A stretch of 64,000 nucleotides of DNA from Selaginella moellendorffii (Eukaryota > Plantae > Lycopodiophyta). Location: assembly GCF_000143415.4 (NCBI RefSeq), contig NW_003314375.1:372001-436000 (forward strand), in the 5' to 3' direction. A program made the translations under genes and the position numbers. Below are positions 50,887-62,450 of the stretch, piece after piece. Positions within the stretch are counted from its first letter, which is position 1, and the number at the start of each line of letters is the position of its first letter. The notes beneath the pieces are model-generated. The model did no database searches. It saw only the letters and a list, made by a program, of their open reading frames with translations, and had not been told where the DNA came from.

Positions 50887-53800
50887 GAGCTGTCTGTTTG
50901 GACTCCCCAAATAAAAATCACTTTTCTTCCTTATCAAGCTCCTCACCACCTTTCATCAAAGCCACCACCAATTCCCGCAACTTCCGCGTCCCATGTCTCC
51001 TTTCTTTCACCGGACAATCAGGAATCAAGGCTTTGGCGCTACTGGACTCGGGTGCAACTTCCTGCTTCATGGACACAGACTTTGCTGCCCGACATCATGT
51101 TCCTCTTTCTCCTACCATACGGGATCTGAGGGTTGAAGGCATCGGCGGGCATTTTGTGTCTCCATCTTCTGGACTTAGGGAAACATTGCCCGTTCGAGTA
51201 CACATCGGGTCCACCGTCACCGATATCGCCTTCAACATCATCAACAACAAGTCCTCCTCTGTGGTGCTCGGTCTTCCTTGGTTCCAACTACATCAGCCTC
51301 AGATTTGTTGGAAGGACTTACAGCTCATCTCTCCCACATCACCATCTCCCACGGCTTCCCTTGATGTTCATTGAGTCCGAATCAGGAAACGTTCCCTAAA
51401 CTCAAGTCGGGGTTCTGTTCCTGACTCTACGAAGTTTTCATCCTCTTCTTTTTCCTCTCTTCCATCTTACATTGGACAGTATCCTCGTCTCATCATTCCA
51501 TTTAGTCATACCCCTTCTCCTATCTCCACAATCACTATGAAAGAACTCCTTCATGAAGAACCTCTTTTTCTTTTTGCTTTGCATGTTTCTCCTATCAGTC
51601 TTCCTGAGAAGTATCATGATTTTGGGGATGTGTTTGATAAGAAAAAAGCTAGTGTACTGCCTGTTCATCGGCCTTATGATTGTCCCATTGATTTACAGGA
51701 AGGAGCGTCACCTCCGTGGGGGCCTATCTACGGGTTATCCCCGTCCGAGCTTAAGGCCCTCAAAGAGTATGTGGATGAGAACCTTGCCTCGAGCTACATT
51801 CAGCATTCGCAGTCCCCGGCTGGAGCGCCTGTCTTCTTTGTCAAGAAGAAGGATGGGAGCTTGCGGCTAGTCATCGACTACCGAGGTTTGAACAAGGTGA
51901 CTGTTCGGAACCGTTATCCGCTGCCCCTGATCTCGGACCTGTTGGAACGCCTCGGCGGTGCCCGCTTCTTCACCAAGATCGACCTCCGTGAAGCATACAA
52001 CCTGATCCGGATCCGGCCTGGTGATGAATGGAAGACTGCATTCCGAACCCGCTATGGCCACTTCGAGTACACTGTCATGCCATTTGGCTTGACAAATGCT
52101 CCAGCGGTTTTCCAACACATGGCGAACGACATTTTTCGGGAGTTTCTTGATCAGATGGTGATCGTCTACCTCGATGACATCCTCATCTACTCAAAAACTC
52201 AGGAGGAGCATGACGAACATGTTCGCAAGGTGCTAGTGAAGCTGCGAGAACACGGCCTATACGCGAAGCTTGAGAAATGTTCCTTTGATCAGCAATCTGT
52301 GGAGTTCCTTGGGTACATTGTCACTCCTGAGGGTATCACGATGGATCCTGCTAAAGTCAAGACTATTCTCGAATGGGAGCCTCCACAATCAATGTCGGAC
52401 GTTCAGGTTTTCCTTGGCTTCGCCAACTTCTACCGCAAATTCATTGATCACTACTCTGACATTGTCCTTCCTCTCACACATCTCACTCGCAAGGATGTTC
52501 CCTTCTCTTGGTCTGCTGCTGCCCAGCAGGCCTTCGACACACTCAAGGCGGCCTTCAGTTCTGCTCCTGTCTTGATCCATGCTGATTCCTCACAACCTTT
52601 CTTCATCGAGGCTGACGCCTCCGACTTTGCCATTGGTGCTGTGCTGTCTCAACTCGGAGCGGATCACGAACTTCATCCGGTCGCTTTCCATTCTCGGAAA
52701 TTCCAGCCTGCGGAGATCAATTACGAAATCCACAACAAGGAGCTCCTTGCCATCGTGGATTCCTTTGGAGAGTGGCGCCATTTCTTGGAGGGGGCGAGCC
52801 ATCAAACAACAGTTTGGACGGATCACAAAAATCTCGAGTACTTTGCCACTTCCCGAGTTTTAAGCCGTCGTCAAGCAAGGTGGGCACAATTCCTGAGTCG
52901 GTTTGACTTTGTTATCAAGTACAGACCTGGAAAGTTTCAAGGCCTTCCTGATGCTCTTTCAAGGCGCTCCTATCTCAGTCTCAGGCCTGGTAATCCTGCC
53001 TTCGATCAACAGGATCAAGTTATCCTCGGTCCTGATCGGCTTCAAGTTATGGCAATTTCCCTGGCCCCTCAGGACTCCTCCTTGATGGATGCAATCAGAA
53101 ACGATCTTCAATCCGATGATCTCGCTAGCAACATTTTCCCCCATCTTCAGGCTGGACACCCAGTGACTCCGGACTGCCGGTGATTTGACGAGTTCGAGTT
53201 CTTAGATGGCTTATTGTACCGTGGGGAGCAGCTTTACGTTCCTGAAGGTGATGCTCGAAGGTTGGTCTTGATGGCGTGCCACGATAGCCCGACTGCTGGT
53301 CACTTCGGCATTGCGAAAACCTATGAGCTAGTTGCACGGGACTTTTGGTGGCCTCACATGGACGACTACATCAAAGCTTTTGTTACCTCCTATGACACTT
53401 GTGCCCGGAATAAGGTACCTCGCCACCTTCCTTCAGGTTTGCTTTGTTCCCTTCCGGTCCCTTCAGGTCCTTGGGAATCCATCTCCATGGATTTCTTGAG
53501 TGATCTTTCGAGTTCTGGAGGCTTCAACAGCATTTTAGTCGTGGTGGATCGCTTCACAAAGATGGCGCACTTCTTGCCATGTACCAAGGAGTTTTCGGGC
53601 GAGGACATGGCAAAACTGGTATTCAGGGAAATTTTCCGACTTCATGGGATTCCTACAGATGTGGTTTCGGATCGGGGGCCTCAGTTCATCTCTCATTTCT
53701 GGCAACGGTTTTTGCAGCTGCTTGGAGTGAAGGCCAACCTCTCTTCGGCATATCATCCTCAAACTGATGGGCAGTCCGAGCGAACGATTCAGACGTTGGA

Positions 53801-54632
53801 ACAATTCTTGAGGTGCTTCATCAACTATCATCAGGATAACTGGTTCGATATCCTTCCCCTTGCTGAGTTTTCCTATAACAACTCTGTTCACTCCTCTCTT
53901 CAAGTTTCCCCCTTCTTTGCGAACTCTGGCCGAAATCCCCGATTCAATCTCTCACTTCCTTCTCCATCTGAATCCTCTCGTTCAAATCCCCACTCTGAGG
54001 CATTTATCTCCAACCTCAAGGAAATCCACAACTCCATCTCCTTCCACCTCCATCGTGCTCAGGAATCTCATAAAACGTTTGCCAATGTCCATCGTCAGGA
54101 TTGTCCCCCTTACAATATCGGGGATAAAGTCTGGCTCCTCAGGCGAAATATCTCCACCACCAGGCCCTGTCCAAAACTCAATTTCAAACGCCTTGGTCCT
54201 TTCCCTATCACTGCCATCATTAATCCTGTCACTTATCGCCTTGCACTTCCCTCCTCATATCAAATTCACCCTGTTTTTCACTCCTCTCTCCTTGAGCCTT
54301 ATATTCCTAGTCCTATTCCAAATCGGGTCATTCCTCCGCCTCCACCAGTGCAGCTCGAGGATGGGTCTGAGTACGAGGTTCAGGACATCCTTGATTCCAA
54401 GATTTCACGGTCTAAACTCTACTATCTGGTGGACTGGAAGGGTTACGGACCTGAGGAACGCACTTGGGAACCTGCGGACAACCTGATTCATTCTCCTGAC
54501 CTTGTTCAGGACTTCCACCGCCGCTATCCTTCTCGTCCCAGTCCTCATTTTTTTTCTCCCTCTCCCATCCCTCGCCGCTCATCTCATCCTCCTCTTCGTT
54601 CTCGTTCACATCCTCGTTCCACTCGTTCTTGA
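50860..54632 (+). pseudogene. pol: pol (protease, RT, RNase H, integrase, chromodomain) with in-frame stops at ~51372 and ~53181
   Basis: A GGGAAAC slippery site lies at ~50859. Motifs: LLDSGAT (PR), YLDDILIYS (RT), EADASDFAIGAVL (RH), HDSPTAGH...SDRGPQF...TDGQSER (IN), YEVQDILD...YLVDWKGY...TWEP (chromodomain). Confidence 0.93.
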
Positions 54633-56184
54633 GGAGGGGGTGCTGTCAGGAATCCCCCAATTCTTGCCACATTCCTGACTCTCGCCGGATTCCTGACCTG
54701 CAGACCACATTCTTGACTCTCGAGACATTTTCCTATTCCTGACTCTTGAGACACTTCCCGATTCCTGAGTCTCGAGACACTTCCCAATTCCTGAGTCTCG
54801 AGCCACATTCCTGATGATGATGTGGCGCCTCCTCGACCTCAACTGTATTTAGGCCGTCCTCGATCCAAGAGTGGTGGAGCTTCATCATCCTATAGTATAT
54901 ATAGGTTAGCCTTGTTCCATTTCTCCACAATCTGAATCAACACCAGTCTAAGGCCTCTTCTTTGTTTTCACTAGCTTTTTCTCTTTGTCTTTAGCATTTT
55001 CCAGTCTTGATCTTATTGGGGGTCTTGACAACTGCGGGATCTAATAATGACCATGCGACACTTAAAACAGAGGGCCAGGTTCAATTTGCAATTGGGAGTT
55101 TGGACATCCATGATGCGCCACAATGCATTAACGTTGCTACAGATGATGCACGATCAGACGTGAATAATATTACCATTTGACTTTCTCCTAACGCAAGAGG
55201 ATTGCTTGACTATGGTCCATGTGAGGGGTAGCAAGCCCATCTTCGTCAAGCCAGAGGCTGTAGTGATGAACCGGACTGCTAGGTCAAGTGAAATCCTCAT
55301 CATCGATGACTCGCCGATTAAAACTGCAGCAAACACGCACACATATGCAGTGCACCCCATTTCTTGCAGTATGGAAACTAGGGAGAAGAAACCATATGTT
55401 CTGGGGGACCTTGCAAAACGGCTTGGAGCGATGGTGATAGAGAACCGGCCAGTCCAGGAGGTGGCTGCAGAAATCAACCAAATGGCAGATGGAACGGTAT
55501 ATCAGAAGCCATTTGATCAGACAGACACCAGTCATCATTTATGGCATGTATATTGTCTAGCCAAGCACTATCCGCATCTCCATAATCTGCTCAACCGGAT
55601 GGGTTCTTCGACCACTGAACATGAGCGTGGACGTATTAGAGAAGAGATGGCATTACTATTGGGTTTAAATCCTGATAGTGTGGAGAGTGATGAAATTCCA
55701 AGATTATTGTATAGGCGTTGGAGGCAAAAAATAACAGTCTGAGATGGCATGTATTTATTTAAAATTGTAACTTATTATGGCATGGGGTTCCATGCCATTG
55801 TATTAATATTAAAAGACAATTCTTTGAGAGGATTTGCATTATACTAAAAGTGTTACAGCATGTTATTGGAAGTCTACGAAGTTGTTTTATTAATAAGGGG
55901 AAAGTAAAGATTGAATGAGGACTTGGGCTCCACCTAGACTCAGAGCAACTGAGCCAATATTAAAAGGATGGAAAGAAATTGAACGACGATGACAAGGAGA
56001 AGAGAGAGGTGAAGCAGTGGCAGGGGGAGGAGAAGTGATTGAGTAGACATTTCCTTGTTTAAAATAAAATGGCATGTGCCTCAATGCAGTTGAATTTCGT
56101 TATATTTATATACTATATAAAGGTTTGGAAACCTTATTTTACAAGTGGGATAATGACAATTCCCACTTTAACGAAATAGAGCTT

Positions 56185-58126
56185 ACTTATCCCAGATACT
56201 AACTTCTGGTACTAAGGGTGGCTTGGGGTAAAAGCCCAAAGTGTGTGTTCCTCAAGGGGGGGGGGGGGTTGTGGGGGGATGACTTGCTAAGTGAGATTGG
56301 CAAGTCAGGGGGACAAATCCCCTAGTTAGAGGTGTTAACTTCAAAAGGGGTGGCCCATGGGGCCAAGCGTGGAGGAGTCCATGCATGATCACAAACTTGT
56401 CAAGTGAGAGGACTTGGCAGTGTAGAGGAACTAAGTTCCTAAGTTGTGATCTGTAGCGTGCTTTAAGTATAAGTTAGTGCACCGGTGTGGGGAGTCACGC
56501 CAGGCATCTAGGGTGATGTTATCCGTAGATGCATATACAGAGGTTGGGTTTGAGTCCCAACCCTCTAGTGCTTGGGTTCAAGTCCCAAATCACTAGGGCA
56601 TGGTGATGGTTTGGAATATGAGGACACTCTTATTTCAGTGGTCATGAACTCTTAGTGAGGAGACTGGTTTGGGCACACCGCCAAGCGAGGGATGGCTTGG
56701 AATTGTGATGCACGGTTAGATTGCTTAGAGTGAAAGCTCGGTATATCTTGTTCAAAGAGCTTGAACAAAATTTTCTTCAGCTCCAATTTTTAACCAGCTC
56801 TCAGATCTGGAGCTCGATTCCAAGGACGAAAAGGCACCAAGGACGTGGTGAATGAGATGGGGACACCCAGTCTTAGTTGATATGGATCCTTGGTCGGAAG
56901 GGCTGGCTTGGGCGCACTGCCAAGTGTGGGGGATGCCCCCGGGGTCATAGTCAACAATTTAAAAGGGTTTGGAAGACCTAGTTCTTATTGGTAGACCTGT
57001 TAAGGGGTCAAGATGAGATCACTAAGTGATCTTGTGGCTAATCAAAGATAAGGTCTTTGTTTGGGTTAAGGAATATGATTTCCAGTTCAAAGTGTTGATT
57101 TGAACTATTGATAATGGTGTGACTTGGTCAAGGTGACCAAGTGAGAAGGACACCTAAAGGGAAATCAATTGTGTTAATACGATGGTATAGTAAGTCCAAG
57201 AAAGTAGTCTCGGGGAGAGACCCATAGAAGGGTCGCAAAGTTGGGCCATGGACGAAGCCCGTAGCAGAAATTGCTAAAGAGACCTACTAAGGGTGAGCAC
57301 CCGCTGGACTTAGCAAAGTAGAGCTTTTGCCATGGAACCAAAAGAATACCTCAAGAATGGAGGTAGTGATCTTATGTTGCTCAATGCAACAATCAATGGA
57401 TAAAAGCAAAAGACAAGTGGCCAAGTGTGGGCCATAGAGTTCATTGGAAGGAATCCAAATGGCAAAGTTAGGCATGGAACACTAATGTGTTGGATGCTAA
57501 CGGATTGTGAGAAATGAAATGTGCTTCCAAGGATGGATTCCCAAATGCTCCAAGTTAGTAAAGGTGAAAGCTCCAAGGGAGAGAGTGGCGAAGTAGCCAA
57601 AGGATAGGGCCGTGGATAACTCTAGCATAACTTACGATGGCTGGAACTTGGTGCCAAAAGTAGCATAAAATAGAAAGGAGGACAATGGCGCCCTCAAGTG
57701 GGGAGCTTTCTAGGATGGGAAGTGAAGTTGCACAATATGTGTAGTGAAAGGTGTCAAAGACACCAAAGAAATTGACTTTGAGAAGTCAAAATTAAAAGTT
57801 CCAAGGTGAATTGGTTATGTCAATAGAAGTTGGGATTACTCGAGAATGAGTAGTGGAATTGAGTTAAAGAAGGTGTCTCTAACGGGTTTAGCGAGAACTG
57901 AACCAATAAAAAGGAGCAAACCACCTCAGGTGGCCAAATGAGTCTCTATGTTAGAGAGACTATGCCCTTTAGAGGATGGACAAGGCATGGTGAGCCTTCG
58001 GGGTCAAACCATAAACAAATATTGGCTAGGTGCTAAGGATGGAAATGGTAATACTTGCGGGTGTTACTTTATAAAAGGGTTTACTGTTTGATGAGGACAT
58101 CGAACTTTGTCTATGGGTGGTGGAGT
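56185..58126 (+). mobile_element. Continuation of LTR A plus a degenerate retroelement internal region ending in a PPT-like tract
   Basis: Resumes the family A LTR sequence. ~56900-57900 is homologous to 13400-11900 (-). It ends tgaggacatcgaac...gggtggtggagt immediately before TGTGAG at 58127. Confidence 0.6.
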
Positions 58127-59711
58127 TGTGAGACACAAATCCCTAAGCCCCAAAGTGGAGCCAAAAGGGTGCCATGTGGTAGTGGCCGAAGCAAAAACTG
58201 AACAAGCGTAACACGTTTGGACTAAAAGGCTCCGACTTGAAAGATTGAGAGCAGGAGTGGAACTCCCAACGGAGTGCTCAAGGAACGAGCATGAAGCGAG
58301 CAATAAGCGAGGCTCCAAAAAGGGACCCAAAAGGACCAACACATGACACGTGGAAGTGTCCGAGATGGAGTCCGAGATGGACCCGAGTTGGAGTCCGAGA
58401 TGGAGTCCGAGGTGGAGTCTAAGATGGACCGAGATGGAGTCCGAGATGGACCCGAAATGGAGTCCGAGATGGACCCGAGATGGAGTCCGAGATGGACCGA
58501 GACGGAGTCCCAGATGGAGTCCGAGATGGACCCGAGATGGAATCCGAGATGGAGTCCGAGAAGGACCCGAGATGGAGTCCGAGGTTGAGACCGAGACCGG
58601 GACCGAGACCAGGACCGAGACCGAGACCGGACCGAGACCGGGACCGAGACTGAGGCTGAGGTCGAGGCCGAGCCCGAGCCTGAGTCCGAGTCCAAGTCTG
58701 AGTCTGAGTCTGAGAGGGTGAAATTCCAAAGCGTTCATCTCCCAAACCCTGGGGTTTTGGTGAGCTCCAAAAGTATAGTAAGGGGGAGGACTGCAGTGGA
58801 GCCAGTTTGGCCAAGAAAGGTCAGTTTGGCCCAAGAAGGCCAAACCTAGTGTTGGGTGATGAACTGACCACTGGGAAGTCCAAGACTAGAGTGAATACAG
58901 ACTGGCAAGTGAGGTAGCTTGGTGAAGTGTTCAAAGAGTCGGCTCTAGTTCCCCCGGGAGATCAACTGGCCAATGCTCCCAGTCCAAGTGTGGGTGGCAC
59001 TACCTACTTGGATACCTGGTGTGGCTCAATGGAACCTCGCTCTAAGCCCATGGCTAGAGCACTTAAAGGCGGAAGGTGGGGAGAGTACCCACGGGGCTCG
59101 TGTAGGGCCGCGGTATTCCGAAATGTTGTCCCAAAGTCCCAAATGGGGGAAAGGAGGAGGAGCAGTCCTCTAGTGTAGTGACTACGGATATGGTCACATG
59201 GTGAGGAAGTCTTAGAGGACAATGGGACTTAGTGGCCGGGCCTATGGGCCTTGATCTAGTGGCAGTGTTGGTGAACATGGCCATGGACGGAAAAGGGACT
59301 TGGCAGGAACTGACAAAGGGATGTTAGGGAAGGCTATTCCCCATGTTTGTGGGCATCCTAAAGAAGCTAAGGAGTGGATCTGGGATGACCACTCGTGGAC
59401 GGACAGCCCAGTCTTGGAGAGACGGGATTGTGATGCAAGTGGTATTGGACCACCAGTGCGGCAAAGGTGAATGGGCATAGCCTTAACATAACGGGCCAAT
59501 ATGTCAGTGGTACCTTTGGGTGTTGGTCTTAAGACTGGACACATGGAGCACTTGGACCAAGTGCAAGGGAGGAGTGGCATGGATGCCATTCTCGGGACTA
59601 GCAAGTCCCAAGTCCTGAATTAGACTTAAGGAGGTTGTGAATGAGACTCCTCCAAGGGGTCAATGGTGTGGTTAAGTGATGAAAGTAGAATGGAAAATTT
59701 AGTCGCTTACA
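58127..59711. mobile_element. LTR family B copy (inverted relative to 27730-29543) with a shorter minisatellite at ~58360-58712
   Basis: TGTGAGACAC...CGCTTACA termini; reverse-complement homology along the whole length of the solo LTR. The flanks do not form a TSD, consistent with a 3' LTR. Confidence 0.9.
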
Positions 59712-60020
59712 GTGTTCTTTATGTTTTCATGCTTGTTAACACTTGCTTGCTCTAATTTCTTATCGAAGATTCTTCGAATATTCTGATGTGTAGAATATTC
59801 TTCATCTTCAACCTCTTGCCAAGAGGCGGTTATGGAAGATGCTTGGACTTTCTGAAAAGTGGGCAATCACTAGATGTTCGTAGTCTTCAAACACTTGGTT
59901 TCTAGCATAATTGCCATGCTTCTTGCTGTAGATTTTTGTTGTTTTTCTTCTTTTTAGTTTTGTTTTCTTCTTTTTGTCCCTTTTTGATTTTTCCCTCGAT
60001 TCTTTACTTTGGCTTCTTCT

Positions 60021-60500
60021 TTTAGTTGAGGCTAAGGCTTTCAATATTTGTTCTTTGGGTGCTCTTCACTTTGCCTATCCCACTGTGGTCGCCAAAGTGG
60101 AGAACTACAAAATCACCTCTACAATGATCTTGTGAATCCTCTCATATCTAAACTAAAACCAAACATAAAAAGGAAAGAAATATTTAGCCATGTGTTGTTG
60201 CAAGATGTTGATGCTGAGATTGATGTGCATCTCATAGCCTTGATCCCCAGAAGGCAATGAGTAAGATATGCATGGAAGAGAAGAGTAGATGTTGAGCAAG
60301 TGGAGTGTATGTTATTATGGCCAAGGATATAAAAAGACAGAAAGGGGATAGGTCTAGAATGCTATCACCAGCCTATATAACCACTACATGCCTAGTCATC
60401 CAAGTCAAGAATTTAGACCAGGAGAAATTCTGATCTCAATTCCTAACTTAGGAAATGCCTTTGTGCAAAAATCACGATGCTAAAATGCATGTACCTTTCT
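60021..60500 (+). repeat. ~480-bp dispersed direct repeat, copy 2
   Basis: Near-identical to 33838-34320. Confidence 0.9.
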
Positions 60501-61475
60501 ACAAGGCGAGCATGAGGCCATAGCAACATCTTCATCGACATTGGTACCAAGTGAGAACATATGTGATGATGCAGTGGAAGCCTTTGCAACAATGCTTTCA
60601 GATGGTGATAAGAGCACTTCACAAGTGGTGACAGAGGTGTCTAAGAAAAAAAGAAAACTCCGTACTTTGGCTCCGAAGGCTTTTTCTTGCAAACAGGAAT
60701 GAGTTCTTTGTGTTCTTTGGAAATCACAATGGTCAATTAGATTTGTAAAAATTAACCTATGAAATGTCCCATACATATTACTATTGTAATGCCTCTAATC
60801 TATATCATGTTTTTAATAATTGTTTTAAGCCAATAAAAGAGCAAAACCTGCCGAACCTCAAGACGACCATTCATCGTTTGTATCCAGTCCATAATGAAGG
60901 ATAGCAGCATAGAATGCTCAAATATTACCATTTATCTTACTTCCATTGTCCTTTCTTTTCTTTTATTTTTGTATAAGATCATAGTTTATAGATTTAAGAT
61001 CACAGATCAGATCAGTCTAGAAAAATATACTGTTTCTTTTTTTTTTATGACATAATTTTCATAGAGTGACATGGACATCACTTTTTAAGACTGTTTCCAG
61101 CCACATCAATGCCCAATTCTCAATGTCATAGCAAGCAAGAGATTAAACCATAACATGGCAAGATCGGTGTTAAATCATTCATGAGACAAATCGAATACAC
61201 TGAAGCATTAATGTTGGCACGGAACAGCACCATTATTTAATGAATGGTAATTTTTCATATTGGATAAATTAAAAACTCATTCAGAACAATATAACTCACT
61301 ACCTGATTAGGTACATACATACATAGTTTTAATACATGTAATTATTAAAGGTAATCATAACATATATATACATGTTCCTCATACAATATAATTGCCTTCT
61401 ATATGCAGAAATACATTGGGCAGCACATGGGTACATAATTTGTAAGTTAGGTTTTGAAATCAATTCTTAGAGACG

Positions 61476-62450
61476 ATGGGAGACCACATGAGATGCATGG
61501 TGGATGGCATAAAAAAGATTAAGGACAATTCTACAGATGAGATTGTCCTGTGTATTACAAAGATCGATTCCAAACCTGGAGATTTAGTGGGAAGATTTTG
61601 TGTAACAGATGAGAAGGAATGGTTGGAGGCATTTGGTTCTTATCATGTGTCAAGTGCCATAGACTCTTGGGATGTCTGTGTAAATAGTCTTGTGAGATTT
61701 ACTGATTATGGTTTTTATCGTGCCACGCCATTCGTGCTAGACAAGCAACGGGGATGCGAACAAGAGCTTGGTTTCATCTCACGGAGGTATCTGCGGAAAA
61801 CCTTGGACCTCTCCAATTTTTCCCTGTCAAACTCATGCTACAGAGTTTCAAGCTCACGTTCAGCCACTAGGCGAGAAGATGTTCGAGGCTAGAGAAAGCA
61901 ACGTATTCAACTACAGATACACGCTAGAAGCCTCCATCGATGGGAAACTCTTCCGTGGGCTGCTCTTCTTGTACAAGCTTGGCTTTGCTCAGGCAGTGCA
62001 AACTTACATGGGAAGGTTTGTTTCGTTTGATCCTCAGTTACTCTCTAACGCCAGGAAGGAAAACATCACAGGAGGAAACCACAGGACGTCCAAAAGGCCG
62101 TAGTAAAGGCCAAACCGTGTGTATGCAGCTGCATTGGAGGATTTGGTTGGGTCGCTGACGCAAGGAAAGTTTGCCGACTTTGTGTTGTCCGAGTCTCCTT
62201 TTGGACAGGGCTTTTCCTCAAGTGGTTACATTCGTTGGTGGAAATATTGCCTCCCTGTCTTAAGGCGTTATTCCATAATTATTTGGTCTTTTAAATATAG
62301 CATATTTGCGAGAAGATTAATCATCAAGCAGCTGGTAAAGACCTTCAAATAGATTTATTTGAGGGGCGTGGTTCACCAGGATCTCAAGCTCGACAACAGC
62401 ACAGCGAAGTACATGGCAGCTGAGGTGGTGGAGAACAAGGATTGGAGCTC
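61476..62450 (+). pseudogene. Mosaic of gene fragments: OB-fold/RPA70N-like, kelch-protein C-terminus-like, amidohydrolase-3 (LAF3-like) C-terminus, protein-kinase fragment
   Basis: VLCITKID...VNSLVRFTDY; QPLGEKMFEARESNVFNYRYTLEASIDGKLFRGLLF; EDLVGSLTQGKFADFVL; VVHQDLKLDN...TAKYMAAEV. All pieces are short and joined out of frame. Confidence 0.5.

Larger units (their letters stand above)
49431..55030 (+). mobile_element. Full-length Ty3/Gypsy chromovirus (Tcn1/Tf1-sushi-like). LTRs 49431-49817 and 54644-55030 (387 bp each), TSD ACTGC.
   Basis: TG...CA LTRs differ at ~8 positions. actgc at 49426-49430 and 55031-55035; PPT gaggaggggg at 54631-54640. Domain order gag-PR-RT-RH-IN-chromo. Confidence 0.98.
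44507..55742 (+). pseudogene. Transposon cargo gene: ParB/Srx-like, degenerate N4/N6-MTase-like, basic/acidic/Pro-rich linkers, FCP1/NIF HAD-phosphatase-like. Multi-exon, with premature stops, split by the LTR retrotransposon.
   Basis: ParB-like: YTIDVSRID...NHRLVSDEWVEKLKQKM...RFYAVSGQHSSLAM (45420-45680). MTase-like: KNIFCVMDF...NPEK...KGKCVVEYNCGGLFFRAALLKGVLCVAV (46660-47225). NIF-like: CIVFYLNGVLF...(retro insertion)...LGVWTS...DFLLTQEDC...KPIFVK...ILIIDDSPIK...AVHP. The frame is restored by removing the retroelement plus one TSD. Introns at 45929-45982, 47307-47357, 47444-47481, 47572-47620, 47765-47811. The start and the single-gene model are tentative. Confidence 0.65.
37917..56090. 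repeat. Dispersed 22-bp palindrome ATGGCRTG-N6-CAYGCCAT, ~26 copies
   Basis: Copies start at ~37917, 38233, 38322, 38729, 38842, 38922, 39082, 39228, 40569, 40626, 42229, 42299, 42397, 43012, 43084, 44535, 44612, 44672, 45950, 47449, 47590, 47781, 49020, 49095, 55777 and 56069. Best examples: atggcatgaggccacatgccat (44535) and atggcatgtggcctcatgccat (42397). Confidence 0.9.
37691..56184. mobile_element. Large TIR DNA transposon, Sola1-like (18.5 kb; ~12.9 kb without the nested retroelement)
   Basis: Perfect 24-bp TIRs AAGCTCTATTTCGTTAAAGTGGGA (37691-37714 and 56161-56184). ACTT is duplicated at 37687-37690 and 56185-56188. The empty site can be reconstructed from the homologous LTR at ~14.66 kb. 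A DDE transposase lies inside. Confidence 0.92.

Noticed and set aside
37917-56090. Palindromic repeats as a CRISPR array
   Set aside because: Spacing is irregular (tens to thousands of bp), the context is eukaryotic, there are no cas genes, and copies lie in introns and exons.
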